Source: Glycera tridactyla (Eukaryota). Taken from it: a stretch of DNA of 64,000 bases. The notes beneath the pieces are model-generated. The model was not told where the DNA came from. It saw nothing but the letters and a program-made list of their open reading frames with translations, and made no database searches. Within the stretch, counting starts at the first letter, position 1. Each line of letters opens with the position of its first letter. Below, one piece after another: positions 1 to 11,790 of the stretch. The position numbers and the translations under genes were made by a program. The stretch lies in NCBI GenBank assembly GCA_965644265.1, contig OZ286475.1, positions 11,098,001-11,162,000 of the forward strand, given 5' to 3'.

Positions 1-307
1 CGGCTCAACTGCCTGTAAAATGATTCATGATCCATTCAATCTTTGATGGCATTTCACGAATTTGAAATCCACACACACAAAAGTATACTGATGGATCACC
101 CATGATCTGCCCTTTTCAACAAGACTACTTTCAGATCCCTGTCTCATTTTGAATGAAAGTCTGCTCATTTGTTCACCCTTGTTATACATTGTGACTCCTG
201 TATGTTTCATATAAGAGTTTCATGATGGGATAAATGCCATCAACATATAGACTGAATTCCACTCTGATAAATTATAAGCCTTCAATTAGCATGATGAATC
301 GTGGTAT

Positions 308-467
308 ATAAGCAAGAAATCATGGGATATGGTCCTGACGAATTATACACCACTCGTTGCGTTCTGACTGAATAATCCACTCGGCCTCCGGCCTCGTGAA
401 TTATTCAGCCAAAACGCAACTCCTGGTGTATAACTCTTCAGGACCATACCCCATGATGTCTTGCTAT
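308..467. mobile_element. Foldback (palindromic) MITE-like element
   Basis: The arms AGCAAGAAATCATGGGATATGGTCCTGACGAATTATACACC... and ...GGTGTATAACTCTTCAGGACCATACCCCATGATGTCTTGCT are imperfect reverse complements around a central CACTCGGCCTCCGGCCTCGTG. A related core (AAGGCCGAGTG) occurs near 44255. Confidence 0.6.
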
Positions 468-1380
468 GATCCCAAGGCTCCGCTCAGTCACGTATCAAAG
501 AAAAGCAACACCATACACCCTGGGAGCACTTCATTTCAATAATGGGGATTTCAGAATTCAGGGAGTGAAATATTTGAATGAGGCACCAACATCGGTGCAC
601 TTTCGCAGCCGTCTTAATAGTGTCAAGATGCTTCTTTGAAAAATGAAGAGGCCCAGCGAACACATCTTGGGTTTGCTTTCTGCTCTACTAATATATTCAT
701 CCACCACTAGCAATGATAAAGCATGATAACAACCTCTGATTAATGAATCAATTCATTCATGTATTCATTGATATATTTTTTCATTCATTCAATCAATCGG
801 TCAACCTCACTAGATGTATATCTTTCACTTCTCACGTCTTTATATGATTTTATGGATGATTTGTCGATGTGTGGCATCGAATATCGCGTTTGCATAAGCA
901 CATAGTACGACCTTTCGGGATCCATAACATATTGCCGACTAGATGATCTTCATGAACAAGAAATGACACTGTGGTGAGATAATTTGCATTTATTTTATTG
1001 TAAGGTATTCATTGGCATTACCATTAGTTCAAAATCGAGAACAGACACAACGGCCAAAACAGTGTGGTTCAACATTTGTTTTTGTGGCAATCAATGGCGA
1101 TTTCTGTCACATCACCAATATAACTAGGACCATCATTGGTTGTATCATTCTTGTCATCTGCATATTTTGTAGGGTTGCAGGGGCTCTTCTTAGCATCACA
1201 ACGGTTGCACCTGGTTCTCATAATGTCAATAGTTCAGAATCGTATATGGAAACAATTAAATCAGGGAAACTTTTCGGTCCATAGTTTGTGGTCGTCATGA
1301 TCAGGGTCGGTTCTAGTCCCATCACTAGTCACACTTGAACTGGAACCATCATTGGTTGTAGCACTGTCAAAATCTGCTAA

Positions 1381-3345
1381 TCATGGTAAAGCTCTTCTGA
1401 GTATCACAACAGTAGCGTCTGGTTCTTTCTGGCATCCATCTTCAAACTGCTGATGAAGGAAACACATGTAGTGTCCATGGGTTGTTGGTACGAGAGATAT
1501 CCATAGGCACGTGAGGGACATTGTGCACCTGATAGCACATTCTGTTTTACTTCTGACATTCAGACATGGTCGCATCTCACGTATCCACAATCTTCTACAA
1601 TTCTTAAGTTTATACAGTTTTCTACAGTTTTCTACAGTTTTCTACAGTTTTCTACATATATCGATACGAAGCATGTAATACGACACCACGGTGTCTCTTG
1701 TTACTTTTGCTTAAAAAAGGTTTTTACAATTTTAGAGTTTTACAATTCACCTGAGCTGAGGAAGTACATACCAGGTCCCTGCTTGATGTGCTCAGAGTGA
1801 TCACTTGAGATGTGAAGCTTTGAGCACGTAGATAGTCTACAAAATAAAAATGACATTCTTCTGAACTGAATCCGCCGACAACAAGCAATATTCATGATCA
1901 TGATTATATAGAACACAAACGACTAATGTAGCCACGACGATGTTAAATGTTAAATGTACCCACTTGCTTCTGTCAATCACCAATTTTTGTCCTGTGACGG
2001 GCGTCAATTGGGCACTTCTTGAGTTGATCTGGTTGTCACGCCATGGCTTGATTGGATGTCTGACCGCCTCTGGCTGGGGAGGCTGAGGCTCAGGACAAGG
2101 GTGGTGATAATGCTGATGAAATATACTCCAACATCCAAACTGATGACCTTCACCTTCATAGCCATATCCTATGGATTCCCTAATAAGTGGCCAATGAACG
2201 TTTTCCAAGGCTAACCACTGAATGTTCGCAGGATTCGTTCTAGTCACCAACCACCCATACCTTATCAACACCAACACCATCGCTGCTGAAACACTGCTAT
2301 CCTCTCCACCCTATATAATCACCTAATCAATCAGCACCATTACTCCTTCCCACGCCGACTTCCACAACACCATCACCATCAACACCAGCACCAGAAATAC
2401 CAGTGACGACATACCACACATGAAAAGATTCATGGTGTTCTCCATTTGCGGACCAACCCAGGTGACATGCAATTTCTTCTCCTCCGCAACATAATAGCCG
2501 GGTTGATGCATGTGATCATCAGAGATGGATTGGGCGATATAGAGGCTTCTTCCTAAGTTGTCATAGCCACCTACAACAGAGCACCCCCAGCATATGGTGG
2601 AGAATCTGATCAATTTGCCATCTCTGAGCTCATTCCACCAAAACATCATCAGTGACCATCCATTGATCGAAAAAAATGATCAAGGAGCTATCATGATTGT
2701 CTCTCATCAGTGTGCTTTGGATCTAACTCTACATCTACATGCTTTTTAGGAGGATGAGCTCTCAAATATTGATTCTTTTATTCAAAATATTGACATTATT
2801 GGTTGATCCCAGTTGAAAGTTCACCTGGACTACAAACTGTGCCGATTTGATTACTGTTTCCCAACGAAAGCAGTTGCCATATGTCTGATACTACTATTGG
2901 TAGAAGCAACTGGTCCCACAATATGTGTTCATTCAAATGAGAGAGTTTCCTCTTCAAGAGCAAATGAATTATGAGAAGAGTTTTGATAATCAATAGGCAG
3001 TTCGTAGGTTTTATGCATTCTATCACAACTCAGATTGGATGTGATATGATGGCGAAAACATGAGAAATATACCTGATGATTGGAATTGACAGGGTCTAAC
3101 AGGTAGAGTGTGGAACTGAAAACAAGACATAATAGATTCCATCACAAAGAAAAAATTGTCAAATCTGGGGTAAAATATTTCGGAATATGCCATCGATTTC
3201 AGAATCAACTGACCTTCAACGGCAGTGCTTGGCAATTCATTTTGTGCTAGGTCGAAATACTCCCATTGACACTCTCTCTCCATGATGGATGGTGAGTATT
3301 TGAGCATCATCTTCGTAGCTTGCAGTAGTTTGGTAGATGAATTGA
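1381..3345 (-). pseudogene. DM9-DM9-PAN/Apple paralogue A, pseudogene
   Basis: Exon 2 remnant ~3345-3214 ends PSTAVE G|GTCAGT and has a +4 nt (CT)n expansion frameshift at ~3272-3280; its 5' half is degenerate with stops. Exon 3 (2570-2415) is intact: GGYDNLGRSLYIAQSISDDHMHQPGYYVAEEKK...MNLFMC. Exon 4 (1836-1381, Apple, stop TGA) is interrupted by a 187-bp insertion. A possible ATG-less signal-exon relic lies at 4368-4311 (ends GTTGCTT|GTAAG). Confidence 0.8.
1564..1750. other. 187-bp insertion splitting the Apple exon of paralogue A
   Basis: Paralogues read ...SAQ-LNVRSK... contiguously, whereas here CAG and CTG-AAT are separated by 1564-1750. The insert contains (TTTTCTACAG)n repeats. Confidence 0.8.
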
Positions 3346-6300
3346 TAGAAATAAGATCCAGTAATATTCACAGGACATCAATTATTGACTGTCGCCTACA
3401 GTATGCTAAATGACAAGTTTCAAGTTGACATTCATATCGAGATATCAAAGATTGGAACCCATGGGGGTGTAATCGTAAGTTCCGATAGTTGAATGAGAAC
3501 CAGCAATATTTTACAAGACTGAATATCTCTAAGTTGATCCAATTTGTTGTCTCAGTATTGTTCAGAAGGAGATGTTTCTGTAAAAGTGTGTCATAACACG
3601 CAACAAACGAAAGACATAAGATATACAGTGCTCACAGTGGAATATGTGCTAAGTTGTCAAGTTCCAATAGGACTATAGAAGAGTGAATAAGTCAACTTTC
3701 GGATCCAAGCAAAGTGCAGTGAGGTGAAATCAAATTCGGATCCAAATTTTAACAAGACGAAGTCCGTGTTGAATGAGACTGCTATACAATTGACACAGTC
3801 CTCTTCCAAAACTAGACGGAAGGCATATAAGATGTTTCGCCATTGATCTGCTCGTCAACATCAAGATGGCTGAACGTGGTTGCGAAGCACTAAGTTATCA
3901 TGTCCTGTTCGGTCCTAACCCGGAATGTCCATCAGAAGAAGGGAAGTCCTGATTTCTATCGCTGCGAGGGTACCCTTCAAGACATCATTACAGCGAATTG
4001 ATAGATGTACAATCCATAAGGAAACCAAGATGCTGTCACCACAGAGACATCAATTTTTTGTTCAAATGTTTATTTGCTATCTTTCTCTTTTTCTTTTCTT
4101 CCAACTTGTCATGTGAAAATATTGTAGTGAGAAGGTGGATGCCATATTCGGTACCTACCAAAGATATTGAGTATCGTACATACCAACTCCCTCAATTTAT
4201 CAAGTACCTGCTTGCCCCTAGAAACAAAAACCAAAATACATTTTGTCCAAAATAAAATTTATGATTCGTGTAATTACTAGCAATACTGATATAATCTGAA
4301 ATCTTCTTACAAGCAACACTCAGCAAGCATGGAAGAATGGATTCAATTGAAGCTGGCTTGGAGAAGCAATGGCCGGAATCAGCTATCAAAGGTCATAGGT
4401 CAATTATATTGATCAATCAGAGAGACGTCTTTGCCATTCTACCCTACAACATTTCCCAGAGTGGCCTTGCAATTCCCATGTCTGCCAAAATTAGAAATTC
4501 CTTTTCTCGATTTTCAATGTGATTTTCAATGAAAATCCTTCTCAAATTTGCAAATATGAATTGAAAATGATTCAATGCAGGAAGCATGAATGATTCTTCT
4601 CTGATTAGTGAAGTACTATCGGTGAAAACAATGGAGCAGAGGAGATGGAATAATACCTGATGCTCATATGATATGAGCTCGAAAAAGACCTCACGATAAC
4701 CTCAACATGTCTACACAATAGCCCACCCATCTTCAGCCATCGAATCTAATTGCTCAAAATAGTACCGCGGTATTTCATATGATATTGTGATCCTTTGATC
4801 GTCATGCTCCCCTGTCGACCCGAGGCTTATCCTCCTAATAAGTAGTCTGGATTATCATCCGCATATAGACCTTTGGCTAATACCCCTGGATCTTCACTTC
4901 ATTGTATCCAGGCACAAATAATGATCATCACTGTGCACCTAGAAAAGTGTAATGACCGCATATGGGCCTGATATGGGAACATAGGTCTATCGTTTACTTG
5001 TCAACCCCTTGTTAATTCACATATTTCCACAGATTGTGAAAATGTTTAGTTGTTTACAGCACGAAGTATGTGTTTTTTATCCCGTTTATCCATGCATATC
5101 TCTGTACCTGGCCATCCTTTCCGATGTATCTTTCAGAAGCAGTCACTGCATGGTTTTGGTGAACGTTCGAAAAAACACATACTCATTCCACTCCTGCTGA
5201 TACAATCAAGCTTGCCAGCATGATGGACGTTTTTCGTCGACGATGTTTTGTTTGTTCTTGGCGAAACATGTGTCTGTAGTCATGACAGAAGTCATACACC
5301 TCCTTATCCATACACATCTCTGTACTTGACAACCCCTCACGGAAAACACTATCTAAAATGCCATCAGGTATTTCCCACATGCTTGTGGAAAAACATTTAC
5401 ATGTTTAATCTGTCCAGTACCGATCAGAGCATCCGATCTGCTGAGCGCTGCTGCTAGCTATCCCATTGGTTACAGGTCCAATGTTGTCATGGTGCACCAA
5501 TTAGCTCGTTATGTTTTTTCGAATGCATTCGAGGGGTATGGTTCAACTGGTTTTGTGGTCACTTTTTGAAGCACCACATCTGACCTAAGACCATTGTTTA
5601 CCGATGCGAGTGGTGTGCTTCCCAGCATCTCTTATCACAGTAACCCAACCAACGACTAGCTGCAGCCACAGCCCTTTCCACAATTAGGACAAATGTGGAA
5701 ACACTATCAATACATCATGTGATACCCTACGTGTCATCTGCTTTCTGTAATTGGTAGATACCTTCAGTATCCGTCATGCAAGGATAATTTGGAGACCCTG
5801 AGTAGGACAACAAGCAATTAATCTTTAGTGAAGGAAGGAGCTAAGGACCTGTAGCAGATCCAAAATCATGAACCCACTGAGAGAGGATGGTTGGTTGTTT
5901 GATTCTGGTTTAACGTCACGTCAGCACCAGCTGGGCTATATCGTGATGCCCTTGCAATGGGTACGGGTGGGATGTTCCAAGACTCCCCCTTCTGAGCCCC
6001 AAACGGAAGGTAAAAATAAGTGAATTCACAGACACTCAAGGTGTCATTTCTGGTGGCGGAATTCATAGTGGCGGGGTAATCCGTTTATCTCTAGTATGAG
6101 GATAAATCTTGAATGCACTGATGATGACTTCCCAAAACTTTTAAGCGATCAATGGGGCTGCCAGTCGAAGCTTATCTGGCTCTATTATATATGGTTGATG
6201 AGGAGTTTGACTGGTGTGGGCACACCTCCGAATGGGAATTATTCTTGCATGAGGCTTTTTTGAATGTGGTTGTCAAGGTGATGATGATGTGGATGCAGAG

Positions 6301-6369
6301 CTCCAGTAAGCGAGTCGTATATTGTAGTCCTCCACACCGTCAAGACTGCCTGTCAACACAACTCGCAAC

Positions 6370-6427
6370 ATGAAGTGCTGGACTGTCACGCAAATCCTAA
6401 TCGGTGTGCTCCTGGCCTATGTTTCTT
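6370..6427 (+). CDS. Paralogue B exon 1, signal peptide MKCWTVTQILIGVLLAYVS
   Basis: ATG at 6370, hydrophobic 19-mer, T|GTAAGT donor. The 58-nt length matches first exons of C and D. Confidence 0.75.
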
Positions 6428-9400
6428 GTAAGTTGCTTTTCACCCTACACCAAAACTGAGTTGCCTGATACTCACTTTTTGCAATGTAATAGAATTGCAA
6501 CACAGAAATCATCCATGCTCAGAAGCATTTCATAGAATAATCAAAGTGAATCTCCGGACAAAAATCTAGTTGTGAATGGGTCATACTGGTTCAATGAGAT
6601 GAGGTTGTGATGTAGTCTCATCGAAGTCGAATTGATTTCATGGAGTTTCAACGAAACCTATGGTTTGTCTCATCATAAGACCTCTCAAGTTTCCTTCACA
6701 TTGATCACATCACTCTTTGGATCTCTTGCAGATGCAGTGCAGCTTGGTTGGTCCCCAGTGCCAGAAGCTCCGATTGATGCCAATGCTCTCCCTGATGGCT
6801 CACTGGCAATTCCTTGCCAACAACAGGGAAGTTCCATCACTGCTTACATTGTGCGCTTTCCCTATGATAGAGGCCTTTATATCTCCAAAGCATGCACTTG
6901 CTGGAATAAACACTTTTTTGTTCAGAATAAAACACAGATAGGACAGTACTCAGGTGATGCTGAATTACTCACCGTTCATGATGGAGAGTGCCAATGGACC
7001 CCTTTTGACCCAACGCAGGATGAGTTGCCCACCACTGCCATTGAAGGTCGGTTATTTCTGTAGCTCATTGCCAATTTTTCTTTTCCGCCTCATGATTTTG
7101 TGGTTTCTGCTACACTTTTTCCCGAAAGCCTGTCAGAATGAGAAGCACCTCTTTGCTGAAATCATTTTCCTCAAACAGGGGAACAATAACTTGAGTCCTT
7201 GATGAAGACTTCACCTCGTGCTATATGAAGTGGGGATGGGCATTGAAGGAAGACCAGATGAAATATATTTATTTCAATATCAGATTGATCAATTGAAGAA
7301 AGTCTCAGTGTATAGTTCGCATTTGGCATTTACTGCATGTAGCAAGTCAATATTACATCAAAACATCAGAACCACTTGATGACAGAGGCCTTTTGATGAT
7401 GGCCAATTTTGCATATGACCATGGGTGGTTTCCATAGACAGGTTCGACTGTATTTTGGAACTCAAGCTATTGCTCGTTTACAGGTATGTGGGTCTGAATG
7501 TGCCCGAATATTGGATTGGCAAATCTCTTATATTTCCGATAGATCCTTGCCAGACTCGAAGACTTGGACTGGAATGAGATCACTCAAATGCATATTGGAG
7601 AGTACAATGCATCCTCACTCGTCAAGGAATCAGCATGAAATCGACATATACTGCTCACAGAGATGGCATGTACAAAGTACCTCCCTCATGACCACCCTGA
7701 GATGCGCACAGAGTGATGCGCCGACGTTCATATCGATCAGATCCAAATTAGTGAACCTAGGGGAAGGGACATATCCGCCATGTTAGTACTTGACAGAGGA
7801 CAAACTGTGCTTCTTAATAGGACTGTAGCTCTGCGATCCTATTCGCAATCCCTGTTCATGTGCATGGTGTTGTAGGTGGCTATGACAACTTAGGAAGAAG
7901 TCTGTATCTGGCCCAATCTGTAAACGGTGGTCATTACTATCATCAACCGGGCTACTATGTTGTGGAGGAGAAAAAGATGTTTGTTCATTGGTTTGGTGTG
8001 CAAATAGAGGACGACATGAATCTCCTGCTNNNNNNNNNNNNNNNNNNNNNNNNNNNNNNNNNNNNNNNNNNNNNNNNNNNNNNNNNNNNNNNNNNNNNNN
8101 NNNNNNNNNNNNNNNNNNNNNNNNNNNNNNNNNNNNNNNNNNNNNNNNNNNNNNNNNNNNNNNNNNNNNNNNNNNNNNNNNNNNNNNNNNNNNNNNNNNN
8201 NNNNNNNNNNNNNNNNNNNNNNNNNNNNNNNNNNNNNNNNNNNNNNNNNNNNNNNNNNNNNNNNNNNNNNNNNNNNNNNNNNNNNNNNNNNNNNNNNNNN
8301 NNNNNNNNNTAANNNNNNNNNNNNNNNNNNNNNNNNNNNNNNNNNNNNNNNNNNNNNNNNNNNNNNNNNNNNNNNNNNNNNNNNNNNNNNNNNNNNNNNN
8401 NNNNNNNNNNNNNNNNNNNNNNNNNNNNNNNNNNNNNNNNNNNNNNNNNNNNNNNNNNNNNNNNNNNNNNNNNNNNNNNNNNNNNNNNNNNNNNNNNNNN
8501 NNNNNNNNNNNNNNNNNNNNNNNNNNNNNNNNNNNNNNNNTAACCACCAGCATCGTCATCATTGTAGTCAGTCAGCCTGCCAGACAGCCAGATTAACCAA
8601 CGAAATATTTGACCAAGTGAATGACCGACCAATAGAGCTAGACCTGTAGGCCTTAGTGAGGATGCCTGGTAAAAATATCAAACATAATTCAATCTCTTTC
8701 TGCCACTTTTTCAAAATGATTGGTTCCCGATTGCCACCGCTAGGTGACACTATGCGCACATCACCAGTCGCCTCGTGAATGTGGAGAAAATAATTTGCCA
8801 ATTTTTGACAAAAAAAAATTAATGCTGTATATATGAATTGTTGAGGTTGATGTGCGATTAGCCTCATCATCTTTGACCTCACTGCCTTCATGTTTCACTC
8901 CTACTCTCATTCGAATTCGCTGAGGGGAAGGGACCTGTCGTGAGACTTCACTGGACTTTGACTTCATCCATACTTGATGGATATTTGATAATTGTGCATG
9001 GATCTAACACAATTTGCTGCTGAGGATTTCATTCATACAACCATTTCCGCAGTGGGTGCAATATTTCGATGTTATTTCGATACGAAAGGCGATGAGCTAT
9101 TGTTATCTTTCGTGGGAACAACTTCTTAGCTGCCTGGCTTGCAAGTAAGCATGCTCAAAGTGCTATCAAAGGTTCCCCAGAAAGTGAATTGCCAACTTGT
9201 GGCCTCTTGATGCTCTTAATCAGATCTTTGCTGACATGACAAGTGTGGAATCTCTGGATTTGTAATGAAATAGTGGAGACACTGATATGAATTCTTAAAT
9301 ATCTGACAATATTTCACCTATACAAATAAAGCCGTGGAAGTGACATTTCAAAGAAAAAATCGTCGCTGTAGAGAGGGAGCATCATTCATCTCACGAGCTG

Positions 9401-10410
9401 CTCACTGTGTCGAAATGGCCAGGGGTGGGGGGTGAATCTTACTCTCTGAACCTGACCAGTACACATGTGAATGTCACTCATAAATCAATGAATCATACAA
9501 TCAAATTGTCAAATGGCTCCCAAGATCGAAATGCTTCAATGTATACCCATAACATGCAATGAAACATTAGCTTGAAATGAACAAAAAAGGTGGAGAGTAT
9601 TCATATCATTAGCAGTATCAAACCCAATGGACAGCCAACATCGATCATGAGCTGGAAAAAAAGCCCTGGAATAAGACGCCGTTTTTGAGAAAGGTTGACC
9701 CATGAAAAGCTATCCAAGTGATCTATATGAAACAGACAGGCCTTTTCAACAACCGTGTCAGATAACATGGGAGTCAGAGCAGTTTATTACCATCGATATT
9801 CTCCCCTAAAATACTGTTGAAATTTCCCCAAACTGCAGTCCTGAGCGGGGAGGTTGGAGAAGGGCTGCCTGCATGGCACCCATCCTCAAAAACAGTAGGA
9901 CACACACAATTACCAATTGACCCATGGACGGACAAACAAACAGAAGACAGGGACATAAGCAAACAGACTGAAACGTGTCCAAGGAATTGGTCTTTGACTA
10001 CAAGAAGCCCAAACAGTTTTAATCATCATTACCATGCGGGTATTCCCATCAAGACCATCCTCTTTTTCATCAATACTGCATGGTGGTAGCTGGTGGTTGC
10101 ATTCTGGTTCAGTGGCATCTTTTTTCTTCTTGCAGACTATACCCGGGCTCACCTCTTCACACCTCTGACACAAGTGATGACTCTGAGCACATCAGGCAGT
10201 GATCCAGTATGCACTGCCTCGAATCAGCTGAATGTCAGAAGCAAGGCAGAATGTGCTCTCAGGTGCATGGTGTTCCTCCCATGCCGATGGATCTCTCTTG
10301 TGCCGACAACCCATGGGCACTACTTGTGTTTCCTTCATCAGCAGTTTCAAGATAGCTGCCAGAAAGAACCAGGTGCATCTGCAGTGATGCTCAGGAAAGC
10401 TCTCCCATAA
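6370..10410 (+). CDS. Secreted DM9-DM9-PAN/Apple protein, paralogue B (4 exons, ~268 aa; end of exon 3 falls in an N gap)
   Basis: Exons 6370-6427, 6732-7046, 7876-~8034 and 10136-10410. All visible junctions are GT-AG, phase 1, and join in frame. Confidence 0.8.
6732..7046 (+). CDS. Paralogue B exon 2, DM9 repeat 1 plus start of repeat 2
   Basis: TTGCAG| AVQLGWSPVPEAPIDANALPDG...YIVR...GLYISK...AELLTVHDGECQWTPFDPTQDELPTTAIE G|GT. Length 315 nt, symmetric phase 1. Confidence 0.85.
7876..8029 (+). CDS. Paralogue B exon 3, DM9 repeat 2 (3' end in gap)
   Basis: TTGTAG|GGYDNLGRSLYLAQSVNGGHYYHQPGYYVVEEKKMFVHWFGVQIEDDMNLL, matching the DM9 pattern A.eGG.D..g..LY......PG. Confidence 0.85.
8030..8540. 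other. Assembly gap or masked sequence
   Basis: N run; hides the exon 3 donor of paralogue B. Confidence 0.95.
9380..9900 (+). repeat. Interspersed repeat in intron 3 of B, with a second copy at ~49060-49600
   Basis: Shared text such as CAAGATCGAA(A/T)TGCTTCAATGTATACCCATAA...GAGAGTATTCATATCA...AAACTGCAGTCC in direct orientation. Boundaries are approximate. Confidence 0.65.
10136..10410 (+). CDS. Paralogue B exon 4, PAN/Apple-like domain
   Basis: TTGCAG|DYTRAHLFTPLTQV...VCTAS...ECALRCMVFLPCRWISL...YLCFLHQQFQDSCQKEPG...ALP*. Six Cys including the C-x3-C-x5-C-x14-C-x-L core. Confidence 0.8.
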
Positions 10411-11544
10411 TGAACGGATAACTATGATGATGCAACCAATGACGAGCCCTGTCCTAGTTGGACTGGTGATGTAACTAGGATTGACCATGATTATCACTGC
10501 CACAAACGGTGAACCACAAGAGTCGTGATATTAGGGAAATGCAGAGGACAGGATCGATACGATCAATGATGGTCCTGGGGGGGGGGGACTGGTGATATGA
10601 ATAGTAGTGGCCTTGAAGGCCAAAAGCATGACTCATGAACCAGACTGTTTTGATGATTTGTTTGTATCGTGTTCAATTTCGAGTCAATGCTGATTGATAC
10701 CTTTTGATGAAGCAAATGAAAATCCTATCAATGGAGTGTTGTTCTGATTTTTGAAGATCACCTGGTCAGTAGTTCAAATTGCATATATCGACATCTAAGT
10801 CAAATCAACCAATTTTCTATCTGAATATTAAATTCGACTCCTCCGAATCTGTAAGTTTCTAAAGACCATTAAACTTTTAACTTCATTGAACTCAATTCGA
10901 AAGCCTTCACATGACAATAGTGTCTCCAGAAACTACGTAGAATCTGAGTGAAATATTTTTTTTTGAGCTTCAAAAAAATTCCAAGAGGAATTATTGCTCA
11001 TAGCTCACACCAAGAAAGTCTAGATACAATGTTTATCATCTGATGCCCAGTCTAGCATATTGGGAAGCTGCTGCGTCCGGCCCGCGTCGGTGACCTGATT
11101 TACGTCGTGGGAGTTTAGCGCTACACGAATCCGCCCCCTGATTTGTCGCTTCGATCACATGACTATTCGGAATTTCAAAGTTTTAGGGCTTTCAACAGTA
11201 TTTAAATGGCATTTTCTTCTTGTTTATGTCCAGAATCGGATGATAAATTCAGAATGCGTCTCGTGCCATGTACGTGGAATACATGAACGCCTCGTAGCGA
11301 TCCCCGGGGATCGTTACTCGGGGTTCACTGTCTCCATGTACACGCCACTCGATGCATTCTTTATAACTATCTTAGATGGAGCTGCTAGAACTGGCGACCG
11401 AACAAGCCTCACTGCATCTGGAAGGGAATCGGCATGATTGTGAAAACATTTTCACCAAAATTACTTCTTCAATGATCCACTCCAATCACCCAAGAAATGC
11501 ATCTAAATGTGAAAGATTTGTATGACGCAACTTTTGTAATGCTT

Positions 11545-11790
11545 GTGGAAGCTACTCACAAGAAACATCAGCCAGATGTGCAGTAGATAGAATGCTTGAC
11601 AAGTTACATGCAAATCATTCCTGGGATGCTACAGAAAGTGGGAGCTACTTACAAGAAACATCAGCCAGAAGTGCAATGAATGGAATGCTTGACAAGTTAC
11701 ATGTAAATCATTCCTGGGATGCTACAGAAGGTGGAAGCTACTTACAAGAAACATCAGCTATAAGTGCAATAGATAGAATTCTTCAGAAAG
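11545..11790 (+). repeat. 93-bp tandem repeat (~2.5 copies)
   Basis: GAATGCTTGACAAGTTACATG(C/T)AAATCATTCCTGGGATGCTACAGAA... recurs with a 93-bp period (11592 and 11685). Confidence 0.85.

Noticed and set aside
4311-4368. Functional first exon for paralogue A
   Set aside because: The donor context resembles B and C but there is no ATG and similarity is weak. Kept only as a tentative relic.
7783-8632. Long ORFs of 150-259 aa in the ORF track (also 36757-37522 and 58905-59234)
   Set aside because: Their length comes from N runs translated as X. Only the DM9 exon 3 part is real.
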